From the NCBI GenBank assembly GCA_964016885.1, contig OZ024745.1:41168001-41232000 (forward strand): a stretch of DNA of 64,000 nucleotides, written 5' to 3'. Shown here piece after piece: positions 30,290 to 44,300 of this stretch; position 1 is the first letter of the stretch; every line of letters begins with the position of its first letter. The position numbers were made by a program, and so were the translations under genes. The DNA comes from Eledone cirrhosa. Lineage: Eukaryota. The notes below the pieces were generated by a model. The model did no database searches and was not told the DNA's origin. It was given only the letters and a program-made list of their open reading frames with translations.

Positions 30290-33200
30290 ATGATGGTGAT
30301 GACTTTGAGAAGGCTGGTGGTGTTGGTGGTGATGGTGGTGAATGTAGTTGTGGTGGTGGTGGTGGTGGTGATAGTGGTGGTGGTGATGGTGGTGAATGTA
30401 GTTGTGGTGGTGGTGGTGGTGGTGATGGTGGTGGTGGTGATGGTGGTGAATGTAGTTGTGATGGTGGTGGTGGTGGTGGTGGTGATGGTGGTAGTGGTGG
30501 TAATAGTGGTGGCGGTGGTGGTGGTGATAGTGGTGGTGGTAATAGTGGTGGCGGTGGTGATAGTGGTGGTGGTGATAGTGGTGGTGGTGATGGTGGTGAT
30601 TGTAGTTGTGGAGGTGGTGGTTGTGGTGATCGTGGTGGTGGTGGTAATAGTGGTGGCGGTGGTGGTGGTGGTGATGGTGGTGGTGGTGGTAATAGTGGTG
30701 GCGGTGGTGGTGGTGGTGATGGTGGTGATCGTGGTGGTGGTGGTGGTGGTAATAGTGGCGGCGGCGGTGGTGGTGGTGGTAATAGTGGTGGCGGTGGTGG
30801 TGGTGATGGTGGTGATTGTAGTTGTGGTGGTGGTGGTTTGGTGATGGTGGTGGTGGTGGTGGTGATGGTGGTGATTGTAGTTGTGGTGGTGGTGGTTTGG
30901 TGATGGTGGTGGTGGTGGTAATAGTGGTGGCGGTGGTGGTGGTGGTGGTGGTGATGGTGGTGGCGGTGTAATAGTGGCGGCGGTGGTGGTGGTGGTGATG
31001 GTGGTGGTGGTGGTAATAGTGGTGTCGGTGGTGGTGATGGTGGTGATTGTAGTTGTGGTGGTGGTTGTGGTGATGCATGTGGTGGTTATGGTGATGGTGG
31101 TGGTGGTGGTAATAGTGGTGGTGATGGTGGTGATTGTAGTTGTGGTGGTGGTGGTTGTGGTGATGCAAGTGGTGGTTATGGTGATGGCGGTAATTGTAGT
31201 TGTGGTGGTGGTGGTTGTGGTGATGCAAGTGGTGGTAATAGTGGTGGCGGTGGTGGTGGTGATAGTGGTGGTGGTGATTGTAGTTGTGGTGGTGGTTGTA
31301 GTCATTGTGGTGGTGGTGGTAATAGTGGTGGCGGTGGTGGTGGTGGTGGTGGTTGTGGTGATGGTGGTGGTGATGGTAATAGTGGTGGCGGTGGTGGTGG
31401 TGGTGGTGATGGTGATGGTGGTGGTAATAGTGGCGGCGGTGGTGGTGGTGGTGATGGTGGTGGTGGTGGTAATAGTGGTGGCGGTGGTGGTGGTGTTAGT
31501 GGTGGTGGTGTTGGTGGTGATTGTAGTGGTGATGGTGGTGGTTGTGGTGATGCTGGTGGTGGTGATAGTGGTGGTGGTGGTGGTGATGCTGGTGGTGGTG
31601 ATAGTGGTGGTCATTGTAGTTGTGGTGGTGGTGGTTGCGGTGATGCTGGTGGTGGTGATAGTGGTGGTGGTGATTGTAGTTGTGGTGGTGGTGGTTGCGG
31701 TGATGCTGGTGGTGGTGATAGTGGTGGTGGTGGTGATTGTAGTTGTGGTGGTTGCGGTGATGCTGGTGGTGGTGATAGTGGTGGTGGTGATAGTGGTAGT
31801 GGTGGTGGCGGTGGTGTTGTTGTTGGTGGTGGTGGTGGTGGCGGTGATAGTGGTGGCGGTGGTGGTGGTGATAGTCGTGGTGGTGGTGGTGGTGGTGGTG
31901 ATAGTCGTGGTGGTGGTAATAGTGGTGGTGGTGATGGTGGTGGTGATAGTGGTGGTGGTGGTGGTGGCGATGGTGGTGGTTGTGGTGATGCTGGTGGCGG
32001 TGATAGTGGTGGCGGTGGTGGTGGTGGTGATGGTGGTGGCGGTTGTGGTAATAGTGGCGGCGGTGGTGGTGGTTGTGATGGTGGTGGTGGTGGTAATAGT
32101 GGTGATGGTGATGTTGGTGATAGTGGTAGTGGTGATGGTGGTGATTGTAGTTGTGGTGGTGGTGGTTGCGGTGATGCTGGTGGTGGTGATAGTGGTGGTG
32201 GTGATAGTGGTGGTGGTAGTGGCGGTGGTGTTGTTGTTGTTAGTGGTGGTGGTGGTTGCGGTGATGCTGGTAGTGGTGATAGTGGTGGTGGTGATTGTAG
32301 TTGTGGTGGTGGTGGTTGCGGTGATGCTGGTGGTGGTGATAGTGGTGGTGGTGGTGATTGTAGTTGTGGTGGTTGCGGTGATGCTGGTGGTGGTGATAGT
32401 GGTGGTGGTGATAGTGGTAGTGGTGGTGGCGGTGGTGTTGTTGTTGGTGGTGGTGGTGGTGGCGGTGATAGTGGTGGCGGTGGTGGTGGTGATAGTCGTG
32501 GTGGTGGTGGTGGTGGTGGTGGTGATAGTCGTGGTGGTGGTAATAGTGGTGGTGGTGATGGTGGTGGTGATAGTGGTGGTGGTGGTGGTGGCGATGGTGG
32601 TGGTTGTGGTGATGCTGGTGGCGGTGATAGTGGTGGCGGTGGTGGTGGTGGTGATGGTGGTGGTGGTTGTGGTAATAGTGGCGGCGGTGGTGGTGGTTGT
32701 GATGGTGGTGGTGGTGGTAATAGTGGTGATGGTGGTGTTGGTGATAGTGGTAGTGGTGATGGTGGTGATTGTAGTTGTGGTGGTGGTGGTTGCGGTGATG
32801 CTGGTGGTGGTGATAGTGGTGGTGGTGATAGTGGTGGTGGTGGTGGCGGTGGTGTTGTTGTTGGTGGTGGTGGTGGTGGCGGTGATAGTGGTGGCGGTGG
32901 TGGTGGTGATAGTCGTGGTGGTGGTCGTGGTGGTGATAGTCGTGGTGGTGGTGGTGGTGGTGGTGGTGGTGGTGGTGGTGGTGGTGGTGGTGGTGATAGT
33001 GGTGGTGGTGGTGGTGGTGGTGGTGGTGGTGGTGGTGGTGGTGGTGGTGGTGGTGATAGTGGTGGTGGTGATAGTGGTGGTGGTGGTGGTGATAGTGGTG
33101 GTGGTGGTGGTGATAGTGGTGGTGGTGGTGGTGGTGATAATGGTTGTGGTGGTGGTGGTGATAGTGGTGGTGATGGTGGTGGTGGTGGTGGTGGTGATAG

Positions 33201-34960
33201 TGGTGGTGGTGATAGTGGTGGTGGTGGTGGTGATAGTGGTGGTGGTGGTGGTGATAGTGGTGGTGGTGGTGGTGGTGATAATGGTTGTGGTGGTGGTGGT
33301 GATAGTGGTGGTGATGGTGGTGGTGTTGGTGGTGATGGTCGTGGTGGTGATTGGAGTAGTGGTGGTGGTGGTTGTGGTGATGCTGGTGGTGGTGATAGTG
33401 GTGGTGGTGGTGGTGGTGATGATGATCGTAGTGGTGGTAGTGGAAGTTGTGGTGGTGGTGGGGTGATGGTCGTGGCGCTATTGTTGTGGTGGAGGTGGTG
33501 GTGATTGTAGTGCTGATGGTGATGATTGTAATGGTGATGGTGGTGGTGATGATGGTCATGGTGGTGATTGTAGTGGTGGTGGTGGTGATTGTAGTGTTTG
33601 TGGTGGTGGTGGTGATGGTGGTGGTGGTGGTGATTGTAGTGGTGGTGGTGGTGGTGGTGATGGTCATGGTGGTGATTGTAGTGGTGGTGGTGGTGATTGT
33701 AGTGGTGATGGTGATGGTGGTGGCGATTGTAGTGTTGGTGGTGGTGGTGGTGATGGTGGTGGTGATGGTGATTGTAGTGGTGGTGGTGGTGATTGTAGTG
33801 GTGGTGGTGGTGGGGGTGATGGTCATGGTGGTGATTGTAGTGGTGGTGGTGGTGATTGTAGTGGTGACGGTGATGGTGGTGGCGATTGTAGTGTTGGTGG
33901 TGGTGGTGGTGGTGATGGTGCTGGTGGTGGTGATTGTAGTGGTGGTGGTGGTGATTGTAGTGGTGGTGGTAGTGGTGGTGATGGTCATGGTGGTGATTGT
34001 AGTGGTGGTGGTGGTGATTGTAGTGGTGATGGTGATGGTGGTGGCGATTGTAGTGTTGGTGGTGGTGGTGTTGATGGTGGTGGTGATTGTAGTGGTGGTG
34101 GTGGTGATTGTAGTGGTGGTGGTGGTGGTGATGGTCATGGTGGTGATTGTAGTGGTGGTGGTGGTGATTGTAGTGGTGATGGTGGTGGTGATTGTAGTGT
34201 TGGTGGTGGTGGTGATGGTGGTGGTGGTGGTGATTGTAGTGGTGGTGGTGGTGATGGTCATGGTGGTGATTGTAGTGGTGGTGGTGGTGATTGTAGTGGT
34301 GGTGGTGGTGGTGATGGTCATGGTGGTGATTGTAGTGGTGGTGGTGGTGATTGTAGTGGTGATGGTGATGGTGGTGGTGATTGTAGTGTTGGTGGTGGTG
34401 GTGATGGTGGTGGTGGTGGTGATTGTAGTGGTGGTGGTGGTGATTGTAGTGGTGGTGGTGGTGATGGTCATGGTGGTGATTGTAGTGGTGGTGGTGGTGA
34501 TTTTAGTGGTGGAGGTGGTGGGGGTGATGGTCGAAGTGCTGATTGTAGTGGTGGTGGTGATGATTGTAGTGATAGTTGTGGTGGTGGTGGTTGTGGTGAT
34601 GATGGTGGTGGTGCTGATTGTAGTGGTGGTGTTGATGGTCGTGGTGCGGATTGTAGTGGTAATCGTCGTGGTGGTGATGGTGGTGATGCTGATGGAAGTG
34701 GTGGTGTTGTTGGTGGTGTTGATAGTGGTGTTGGTCGTGGTGGTGATGGTCGTTGTAGTGGTGGTCGTGGTGGTGTTGGTCGTGGTGGTGATGGTTGTGG
34801 TGGTGGTGGTAATGGTCGTGGTGGTGGTGTCGGTGCTTGTGGTGTTGGTAGGGGTGTTGGTCGTGGTGGTGGTGGTGGTGGTGGTGGTTATGATGGTGGT
34901 GATGATTGTACTAGTGGGTTTAGTGCTGATGCTGGTGATTGTGGTAATGACGCTGATTAT
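30290..34960. repeat. About 4.7-kb (GGT)n-based compound trinucleotide satellite; flanked by (GAT), (AGT/AGC), (GTT), (TAAAAA) and (GAA) tracts across 29370-35605
   Basis: Direct reading. The poly-V/H/T ORFs are artefacts. Confidence 0.95.
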
Positions 34961-35832
34961 TATGATGATGTTGATAATAATGGTGATGATATATTATGTT
35001 CATAATAGGCAGTTTGAAATGGAAAATTGAAAGTAGATAGGGATTGATTCCTGTTGCTGTTGTTGTTATTGTTATTGTGGTATCTCTTGTTTCTCTTAGT
35101 TTTCTTATTGATGGTGTTGTTGTTGTTGTTGTTGTTGATATTGTTACTGTTCTTGTTGTTCATATCGTTATTGTTGTTAGTGTTGCTATTGTTGTTGTTA
35201 TTAGTGCTGATGCTGTGGTTGTTGTAGATGTTGTTGTTGCTGGTGCTGTTGTTGTTGTTGCACTTGTTGTTCTTGTTGCTGTTATTGTGGCTGGTGTTTT
35301 AGAAGAAGAAGAAGACGAAGAAGAAGAATAAAAAGAAGAATAAAAATAAAAATAAAAATAAAAATAAAAATAAAAATAAAAATAAAAATAAAAATAAAAA
35401 TAAAAATAAAAATAAAAATAAAAATAAATAAAAAGTAAAATAAAAATAAAATTAAAAATAAAAAAATAAAAAGAAAGAAGAAGAAGATGGTGATGGTGCT
35501 GGTGCTGGTGAAGAAGAAGAAGAAGAAGAAGAAGAAGAAGAAGAAGAAGAAGAAGAAGAAGAAGAAGAAGAAGAAGAAGAAGAAGAAGAAGAAGAAGAAG
35601 AAGAAGGAAGAGATACAAACACAACAACAACAAGGAACAACGAAAAAAATGAAGTAAAGTGTAAATAAATCAATAGTGTAGAAAATGAGTTTATCTTTCG
35701 AAAATATCGATTTTATGGTTTTATGAAAGGTATATTATTGATTATTGTGCTGACTCTAGTAAACAAGTTCACAACTGGATGTTCTTACATGCATACACAC
35801 ACACACACTGACACACACACGCACATACAGGA

Positions 35833-35865
<33 letters not shown>

Positions 35866-36109
35866 AAAATAGATAGATATATGTGTGTATGTGTGTGTGT
35901 GTGTGTGTGTGAGTGTGTGTGTGTGCGTGTGTGTGTGAGTGTGTGTATGTGTGTGTGTGTATAGGATCAGAAGGTTCAGTTAATCCGTAGAAAATTGGTG
36001 AGGGGTACCAAAGTCAGCGCTCAATGCTAGAGCAGAGTGTATATAATAAGAATAAAGACAAAAAATTCTAGATGTAACACCTCCCCTATGTTCCTATTAT
36101 ATATATATA

Positions 36110-39100
36110 TCATCATCATCTCGTTTAACGTCCATTTTCCACGCTAGCATGGGTTAGATGGGAGTTGTCCCACTTGAGGCAAGGTTGGTCGGGTGACCAA
36201 GTCTCGTTCATATAGGACTATCTGGCAGGTTGTCTACGGCTGGATGCCCTTCCTAACACCAACCACATTTACAATGTGGAACTGGGAACTTTTTACCGTG
36301 TTACCTACACGACCACATTACAGCGTGGACTGTGTTTTTTTCTCGTGACACCTACACGATCTCGATCTCATTATCTCATTTATTTGGACTGGATGCTGTG
36401 GTACCAATTTATAGAGAGAGGGTGGTGTTGGTGGGAGTGGGAGGATAGAGTAGGGGTAGTGGATTGGGGTGTATATTTGGTTAAGAGGTGCCTACTGACT
36501 GTAGGTTTCGCTTTGTACATAGGCAAAGCGGGTCTTCTGTATTACAACGTAGCGCCAAAGATCTCGGTCCAGTGACATTGTCTTAGAGAGGTGCAAGTGT
36601 GTAAGGTCGGATTTTATCAGATCGTCCCAGGTTTTTCTGGATCTATCTACTCTGTAACTACCGTCAATTTTGATCGCCCTGCACTTTTTATACAGCTGTC
36701 GTCTTTCATGCGCATCACGTGGCCATACCAACGTAGTCTTCTCTCGAGTAAACAGCATCTGATCCCTCTTATTCTTAATTTCTCACTTAGTTCATTTATG
36801 ATTTGCCGTTCACGTATATTACTATTACACATCCAACGGGGGTCATGCTTCGTTCCTTTCCAGTCTATGCAGGTCCTCTGCACATAATGCCCATGTCTCA
36901 CTGCCATGTAGCATTGCTGTTCGTATACAAGCATCATACAATCTGCCTTTCATTTTTAGAGAGAAACCTTTTTGTGGCCAACAGTGGTATAAGCTCTCTG
37001 AACTTTTTCCATTCCGTTCTGACTCTGGCTACTGTACTTTCAGAACACCCTTCCCCACTGCTGATTTCGTCACCCAGGTAACGGAAAGTGTCTACTATTT
37101 ACTATTTCTATAGAACCATCTGGGCAATAGAAGAGGCTAGTATCCTGTGGACACTTGCTACCTATTGCACCTGAGCATCGGCGACATATAAAGTCTACGT
37201 TCTTAGATAGTTTACCTGTGATCCCACTACATCTTTTATGTACCCACACTTTGCATTTGGGACATACAATTTAATTTCTGCCTACTCCTTACCTACACAC
37301 TGAGCAAGGCCATTTCCCTGGGGGTACCTGTGCCTTATTTTCCTTTCTACAAACTAGGACTTTAGTCTTAGACAAGTTAACTTTAAGGCCTTTTGATTCT
37401 AGACCATGCTTCCATGTTTGGAATTTCTTTTCTAGTTCAGCCATTGATTCAGCTATGAACGTTAGATCATCTGCATATAGGAGTTTCCATAGGCAGCCGG
37501 TCTTGAACTCCTCTGTTATAGCCTGAAGGGCAATAATAAATAGGAGAGGGCTAAGGACAGAGCCTTGGTGAACACCAACTTTTACACTAAATTCTTCACA
37601 ATATTCATTGTTAATTCTAACCTTACTGACTGTTTCATTATACATAGCTTGTATAGCTCTCACAAGCCATTTATCTACACCTAGTTTTCTAAGAGCCCAC
37701 CAGATAATGGAGCGGGGGACTCTGTCAAAGGCTTTTTCCAGGTCTACAAAAGCTAAGTAGAGCGGTTTACTTTTAGCCAGGTACTTCTCTTGTAGTTGTC
37801 GTACAAAGAAAAGAGCGCATGTGGTACGTTTACCTGACACAAACCCAAACTGCATTTCCTCTAGATCAATTCGCTCTCTGATTAGTTGCACTATAACTGT
37901 TTCTGTGACCTTCATGACCTGGTCAACTAACTTAATGCCTCTATAGTTTCCTCTATCTAGAGCATCTCCTTTACCCTTGTAGCAGTTAATGATGATGCTG
38001 CTACGCCAGTCTTTTGGTATGACCCCATTCTGTATTACTTGGTTAACTATACGGGTGACCATAGTATGTCCCACCATTCCAGATGCCTTCAACATCTCAG
38101 CAACTATCTCCGAAGGCCCAGCTGCCTTGCCTGTCTTCATATCTTTGATTGCCTTACTTATTATACTACATTTAACTTGCACCGCTGGTCCTTCTATTGG
38201 ATCGATTTGGGGGCAGACTATCTTTTTCCCACTTATTCTCTTCATTTAATAGTCTCTCGTAGTGACACTTCCAGGCTATCTTTTTATCAGCATCAGTGAG
38301 GGCAAGTACACCGTTATCATTACGGACAAACTTCTCCCCAACAATATCACGGTTTTCCTTGACACATTGTCTAGCAATCCTGAATACCTCGCGTTTTTGG
38401 TCCTCACGTTGTAGAACATGCTTGAACTTTCTTTCCTCTGCTTCCCTTTTTGCACGGTACACTTGTCTCCTAGCTTTTCTCCTGGCCACTTGATAGTGCT
38501 CTCTACTTCCCCCATTCTACCATACATTCCAAGCCTGCTTTTTGGCCTTGATTGTCTCTTCTACCTTACTGTTCCACCACCAAGTTACTCTCCTCCTGCC
38601 AATAGGTCTGCTCCAGCCACAGATTTCATCCGTTGCTTTCAGCAGGTTCACTTTCAAGAGTTGCCACTGTTCCTCTATATCGCACCTCTCTAATTGCTCT
38701 TCCTTATTGTCAAAGGCATCAAGTAATAAGCTTTTAAATTTGTCACTGTCTATGAAGTCCTTCAACTTCCATATTCTTCTCCTCAAGGTAGGCCTCCTCT
38801 GTCGTCGAGTACGTCTATTTCTGACTGCGAGGTCACTAACTACTAGGCTATGTTGGGAGGTGCATTCTTCACGGGGGAGGGATTTAGTGTTTACAACAGA
38901 CACTTTGTCCTGTCTTCTAGTAAGGATATAATCTATCTGGCTGGCGTGCTCCCCTGATCTATAGGTGATCAAGTGGTTTTCACGTTTTTTGAAGTTTGTG
39001 TTACAGATAGTTAGGTTATTGGCGTCACAGAATTCCAGGATTCTGAAGCCTTCCTCATTTCTATCTCCAACCCCATAGCCTACATGGATTCCATCATAGC

Positions 39101-39760
39101 CATCACTATGTTGTCCAACGTGGCCGTTTAGATCGCCAGCAATAATTAAGTAGTCACTGTCGGTTATTTGGGAGGTAGTATGCATTAGCGTCTCATAGAA
39201 CCTGTCCTTTATAACGTCAAGTAGACCAGATTGGAGTGCATAAGCGGATATTATTGTCACAGTAATTTTATTTAGAACTAGCCTTATTTTAATTATTCTG
39301 TCATTCACTCTATTTACGTCAATTACCTTATCTACCCATTTTTCAGCTAACATAATTCCTACTCCACCCAGTCCGTTGTCATTTCCCACCCAGAAAAGTT
39401 TATAGCATCGTTTTTTACCCGGGATGAATCTGACAGACCCCCCTCTCCACCTAGTCTCTTGAATACAACAAACATCAACTTCTTTACGTTCAAACATCTC
39501 TACAACCTCATTTGAGCGACCTTTTAATGTGCCTACGTTCATGGTACCAACTCTGAAGTTGGGAGGGTGAGATGGCTGGGTTAGAGGGGCAGGGAGGGGT
39601 GTGGGAGACGGAATTATGTAGGTCATTCGTGTCTGAAATAGAGAGGGGTCTTTGTATTCTCGTCCTGCAGCAAGAGGTGAATTTATCTTTATCTGTGACA
39701 TCGTCATTGAATGCTTAGACTTTCCAAATCTCCGCAGTCAACCCATCAAACAGGTCTAAA
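36110..39760 (-). mobile_element. Near full-length RTE-superfamily LINE (APE + RT + PHD-like insert), disrupted; (GAT)n tail
   Basis: GTMNVGTL, IQETRW, GDLNGHVG, QIDYIL, NYRGIKL, FVDLEKAFD, GVHQGSVLSPLLF, LLYADD and LRWYGHVMRM motifs; stops and frameshifts. Confidence 0.9.
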
Positions 39761-39777
39761 CTATATATATATATATA

Positions 39778-39959
39778 TATTTATTAAAATAACAGATTAA
39801 AGTTTAAGCAAAGATCCCGTTAAGGGTGAAAGCAGCGATTCTTTGCTTAAACTTTAATCTGTTATTTTAATAAATATTTGCTCTTCGGTTCTTATATATT
39901 TGATATATATTTTCCTTATCGAGCCCTCTCTGGATTTTAGTCTTCAATGTTATTATTAT

Positions 39960-40017
<58 letters not shown>

Positions 40018-40110
40018 CGAAGTGTATATAACGAAGGAGGTGTGGTAAGATACCAGTTGGACCATAACGCACCAGACTACTCGATACTTAGGGTAGTAGA
40101 GTGGGTATAG
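39778..40110. mobile_element. Family H fold-back (39778-39964) and family D pLTR tail (40015-40110)
   Basis: Similarity to 54711-54932 and 13598-13680. Confidence 0.7.
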
Positions 40111-40299
40111 AAAAAGCGTCATATTGACTTACACTTTGTGTTTATATATATATATATGTATGTGTATGTGGGTGTGGGTGTGTGTGTGTGTTTTATCATA
40201 GATGAAAGAAACAATAGATGTATGCAGAAATATAAAGAGATTTTCGGTCTATGGTTTTGGCTAGCTCTCGGCAGATATAGGGGGTATTTTGTACTTTAA

Positions 40300-40660
40300 T
40301 GGAATGATTAGTTTCCAAATATGTCATTCTATTTCGACTTCATAGTTAGTTTTTGCAAAAGCGTTTTAGAAGTCATTTCAACACTCAATCACAACGTATC
40401 GAAAACTGTATAGAGCAGCTTCTTTTTGCATAAAGTGTGTCTCAACAAGTCATTTTCTTCAAGGAACGTAATCAGTTTCTTTCTTATAGTTCGTATCATA
40501 AGCGAAAGGTTTGTAAATGTTAACATCTGCTCTACTACCTCTTTTATTGATTGATATATTATGCCTACATTTAGCTTAACGGGGAGGATACACACCACGA
40601 AGAAACTTTAAAAGATCTGCAGTAGCTTTGCTATGACACGTTTGCAGGATTTTTTGTTCA
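40300..40660 (-). pseudogene. Highly decayed LINE RT remnant (CR1/Jockey-like)
   Basis: Weak RTIRKKLITFLEENDLL motif only. Confidence 0.35.
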
Positions 40661-41254
40661 TTTTGGGTGTTAATGGGACTCCTTAATATTTTGTCGCCGA
40701 ATTTTAGCTAATTTCATTTGGGTTTATATTAATAATCCTTAATACTGAAATCGGTAATGGTTATGTTTCCGTGTAGAGGCTATGCTATCAAATATTTCAT
40801 CTCATTTCTTTATATGTATGTGTTCAATTGAGGAATGTATTAGTTACCTAACCAATAGTTAAACTGACATCAATCTCAAGGTATGCGTGCGAAATTATTG
40901 GAAGCAAGAACCCCCCCAAAGTATAAATATACATTTACGCGGCCTACATGCCAACGACATTCCGAAGATTACCGAGGATAAACATTTTGTTAAATGTGGA
41001 TGGGTAACAGATTGTATTTCCAAAGCCATGATACTTAATGTTACGCTGTAGTATAAAAAGGGCAATACGAAAGGACGTTATAGATGTTTTCACTCCACCA
41101 TTAGGGTTCCTGAGAGGAGGAACTCAGCGGCCCTGTTCCGTTTTATATGTGATAAGAGATATCACATTCCTAATACGCATATATTCAACATTATTTCTCC
41201 ACGATTTGTTCGGATACACACCTACGCACACACACACGTATGTATCTGCGCGTA

Positions 41255-41314
<60 letters not shown>

Positions 41315-41318
<4 letters not shown>

Positions 41319-44300
41319 AAAAAGATGAAATCGAAAATGCAACTGGAGTCTTTTTTTTAAATATATATATTTATTTGGTTCCTTTACCGGTTTCGCAGTT
41401 CTTCTGCTTTTCAAAAGTAGAATTGAGATGGAGGGTTCGTGGTTTTTCTCACATCTGGTTGGTCTTTGAATGTTATTTCTGTTTTATATAAAAGTGGCTC
41501 AAAATGCCAGGTTTTTAGAGAAGTAATTTGGTTGGTTGGTGAATAAGTATAATAAAATTCGCGTCAGTTCGCGTTACAAAGTTCTTATTATATTTTCCTT
41601 CAAATAAATGGGGTGGGGTGGTTCATTCTGTGTTTTTCATATATGAGTGAAGTTTCGTTGGTTGGTGCAGTCACGTGAATAAGCACATCAGCTTTCGCGC
41701 CAGTTTGTGTTTGAATTTCTTTATACTTAAAAAAAGGTGGCTCACGAAGGCTATTTTTTATAAATGTAATTTGATTGGTCATAAATGAAATTATGACTGT
41801 CATGTGAACAAGTTCATTACATTTCGCGCCCGTATTTGGGAATTTATTTTGTAGCCTTTTAGAGAATGTTGTGCCAAAACAAAAGATAGAGGTGAAGAAA
41901 AATGGGATGGGGATAATCCCAGAACCCATAGACAAAACTATAACCCTACTAAAAAAAACGAATGTCCCCCAATACAAGATAGGACCCGATCCGCAGATCA
42001 CAACACACACAAAACCTATTCCAAACCCAGTAGACCCCAACCCATACAGAACCTGTTCCAAAATCGTATATCCCAACCCACACAAAGGAACAAAATTTAC
42101 AACCCGGACCATCAACAAACCGAACCGCAATACGTCCGAAGCTTCTATACAAGACCACACAACAACAGGGGAAATGCCATTAGATATATTAATACCCATG
42201 AAAAAACAATTCAGAAAAATCATTTTTTAGACCAAGGCTACAGGACCCATGACACCCGGTGGCACAAACCGATCTTGAAAAACCGAAAATAATCAACCTT
42301 TCAAATACAAACTTCTGAGCCCAACAAATTGTCTCCAAAGGACTGAAATATCACACCGACACCACAATACTCTAACCTCAATGAGATAAATGACGATATC
42401 TCACACTTCTGTAGAAAATTACGTCTCACAGAGGAATTCTTTGACAAGGAGAATAACAACCAATCAATTGTACGGAATAAAAGCAGCTACAACGCAACAA
42501 AAGGTAGAAACAATACGGACATTATAATTAAGGAAGCGGACAAGGGAAGTACTGTCGTCATTATGGATGCTGAACAATATAAACATTCTATGTTCTCTCT
42601 CTTACAAAATACTAACTACTATGAAAGAGTAAAAAACTACCAGCAATGGGTGCGAAGACCAGATTAAACACATTCATTTCTCGATACCAGGAAGACGCGA
42701 TTATTTACCACATTTTGAATACAAAACCAGCAACCTTTACGGACTTCCGAAGATCCACAAGTGTAAATTAATTAATGATGCCTGTAAACAATCCACCTCA
42801 ACCTGCGTGAACACACAATACCCAACAGACCTTAAATTAAGAACAATTGTAGCGGGCCCACAATGTGAAACACACAGACTAGGTAACTTTATAAACATAC
42901 TACTAAAACCAATTCTCAAACACATACCAAGCCTTGTAAGAGACGATCTGGACCTCTTAAACCACCCCTCCAAACATGTCAACAACGACACTATTATTGT
43001 GTATTTCGGAGTAGTGATTCTCTACACAACGATCCCACACCAATACGGACTAGAAGCAATAGGATTCTGGCTAGAGAAATATCCCAATGAGACACCTGAC
43101 AGAATAGAAAAAAGCTTCATCAGCGAGGGATTAAAATTTATTTTGCAGAACAACTTTTTTGATTTCGATGGCAGTACTTACAAGCAAATATCGGGGACTG
43201 CGATGGGTACAAAAGCCGCTCCAACTTATGCCAACTTAGTCATGGCATACTTGGAAGTCCAGATATATGAACAGTCCAAATCAAAATACGGAATGAACTT
43301 CCACAAATATTTATCAGAGAATTGGAAACGCTATTTGGATATTGTCTAATACTTTGGTCTCACACACTCTACCAACTAAATGATTTCAAAAATTTAATTA
43401 ACGGCATCAATAACCACATCCAATTCACAATGGAATACAGCCAAGATCAACTCGCATTTCTGAACATCTTAATCTTAAAAAAAGATACAAATATTGAAAC
43501 TGACATACACTATAAACCAACAGATTTCAAACAATACCTGCTATTCACCTCCAACCATCCAAATCACACGAAGACGAACATCCCTTTTAACCTAATAAGA
43601 AGAATTTGCACAATTGTCTCCAATTATGAAACGCGAAATAAAAGACTTCAAGAGTTAAAGGAAATTCTACTCGAAAGACAGTACCCTCCATTACTAATAA
43701 ATAATGGAATAGAAAGAGCTAAAGCAATAGGCATTGATGAATTACGAAAACAGAAAAAATTCAAGGTACGTCCAATATTCTATCATATATCTCAACACAC
43801 AACCCAAGAAATGCGGAAGCTTACAACACTATTCACAAGAACATCCCACTATTGAAACAAGACCCAAGAATGAAAAAAGCCCTTGAAACACACAAAATAA
43901 TCAAAAGCAAAAGACAACCGAAATCACTAAAAACATTACTCACCAATGCCAAATTACCTACCACAAACCCACAACCAACTGTCAAAAAATGTGATCGCTC
44001 TAATTGTGGAACCTGCACTCACCTCATTGAAGGCAACACGTATACATTTCAATCAGGACAAAATGTTGCTGTAAAAAATCACTTCACTTGATCATCAAAA
44101 AATCTAAGTTATGCCATTAAATGTAAAGAATGCAATGAAGATTATATAGGACAAACTAAACTCACACTCAGAAACAGAATGACAGTTCATCGCCAACAAT
44201 TACGAGATCCAACCACGAGACAGACACCACTATGTGCACATCTAGACATATGCCTTAAGTAATAAGACACCCAAATTCCTGCGCTGACAATGCAACAGAA

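Noticed and set aside
18059-35673. Long ORFs (MSICLYVY.., poly-V/H/T/S, YIYI..)
   Set aside because: These are translations of stop-poor simple repeats.
44089-44091. In-frame TGA at an expected Cys (HFT*SSKN) as possible selenocysteine, which is reported for some PLEs
   Set aside because: One substitution in a copy with many frameshifts, and no SECIS was identified; it would need the family consensus.
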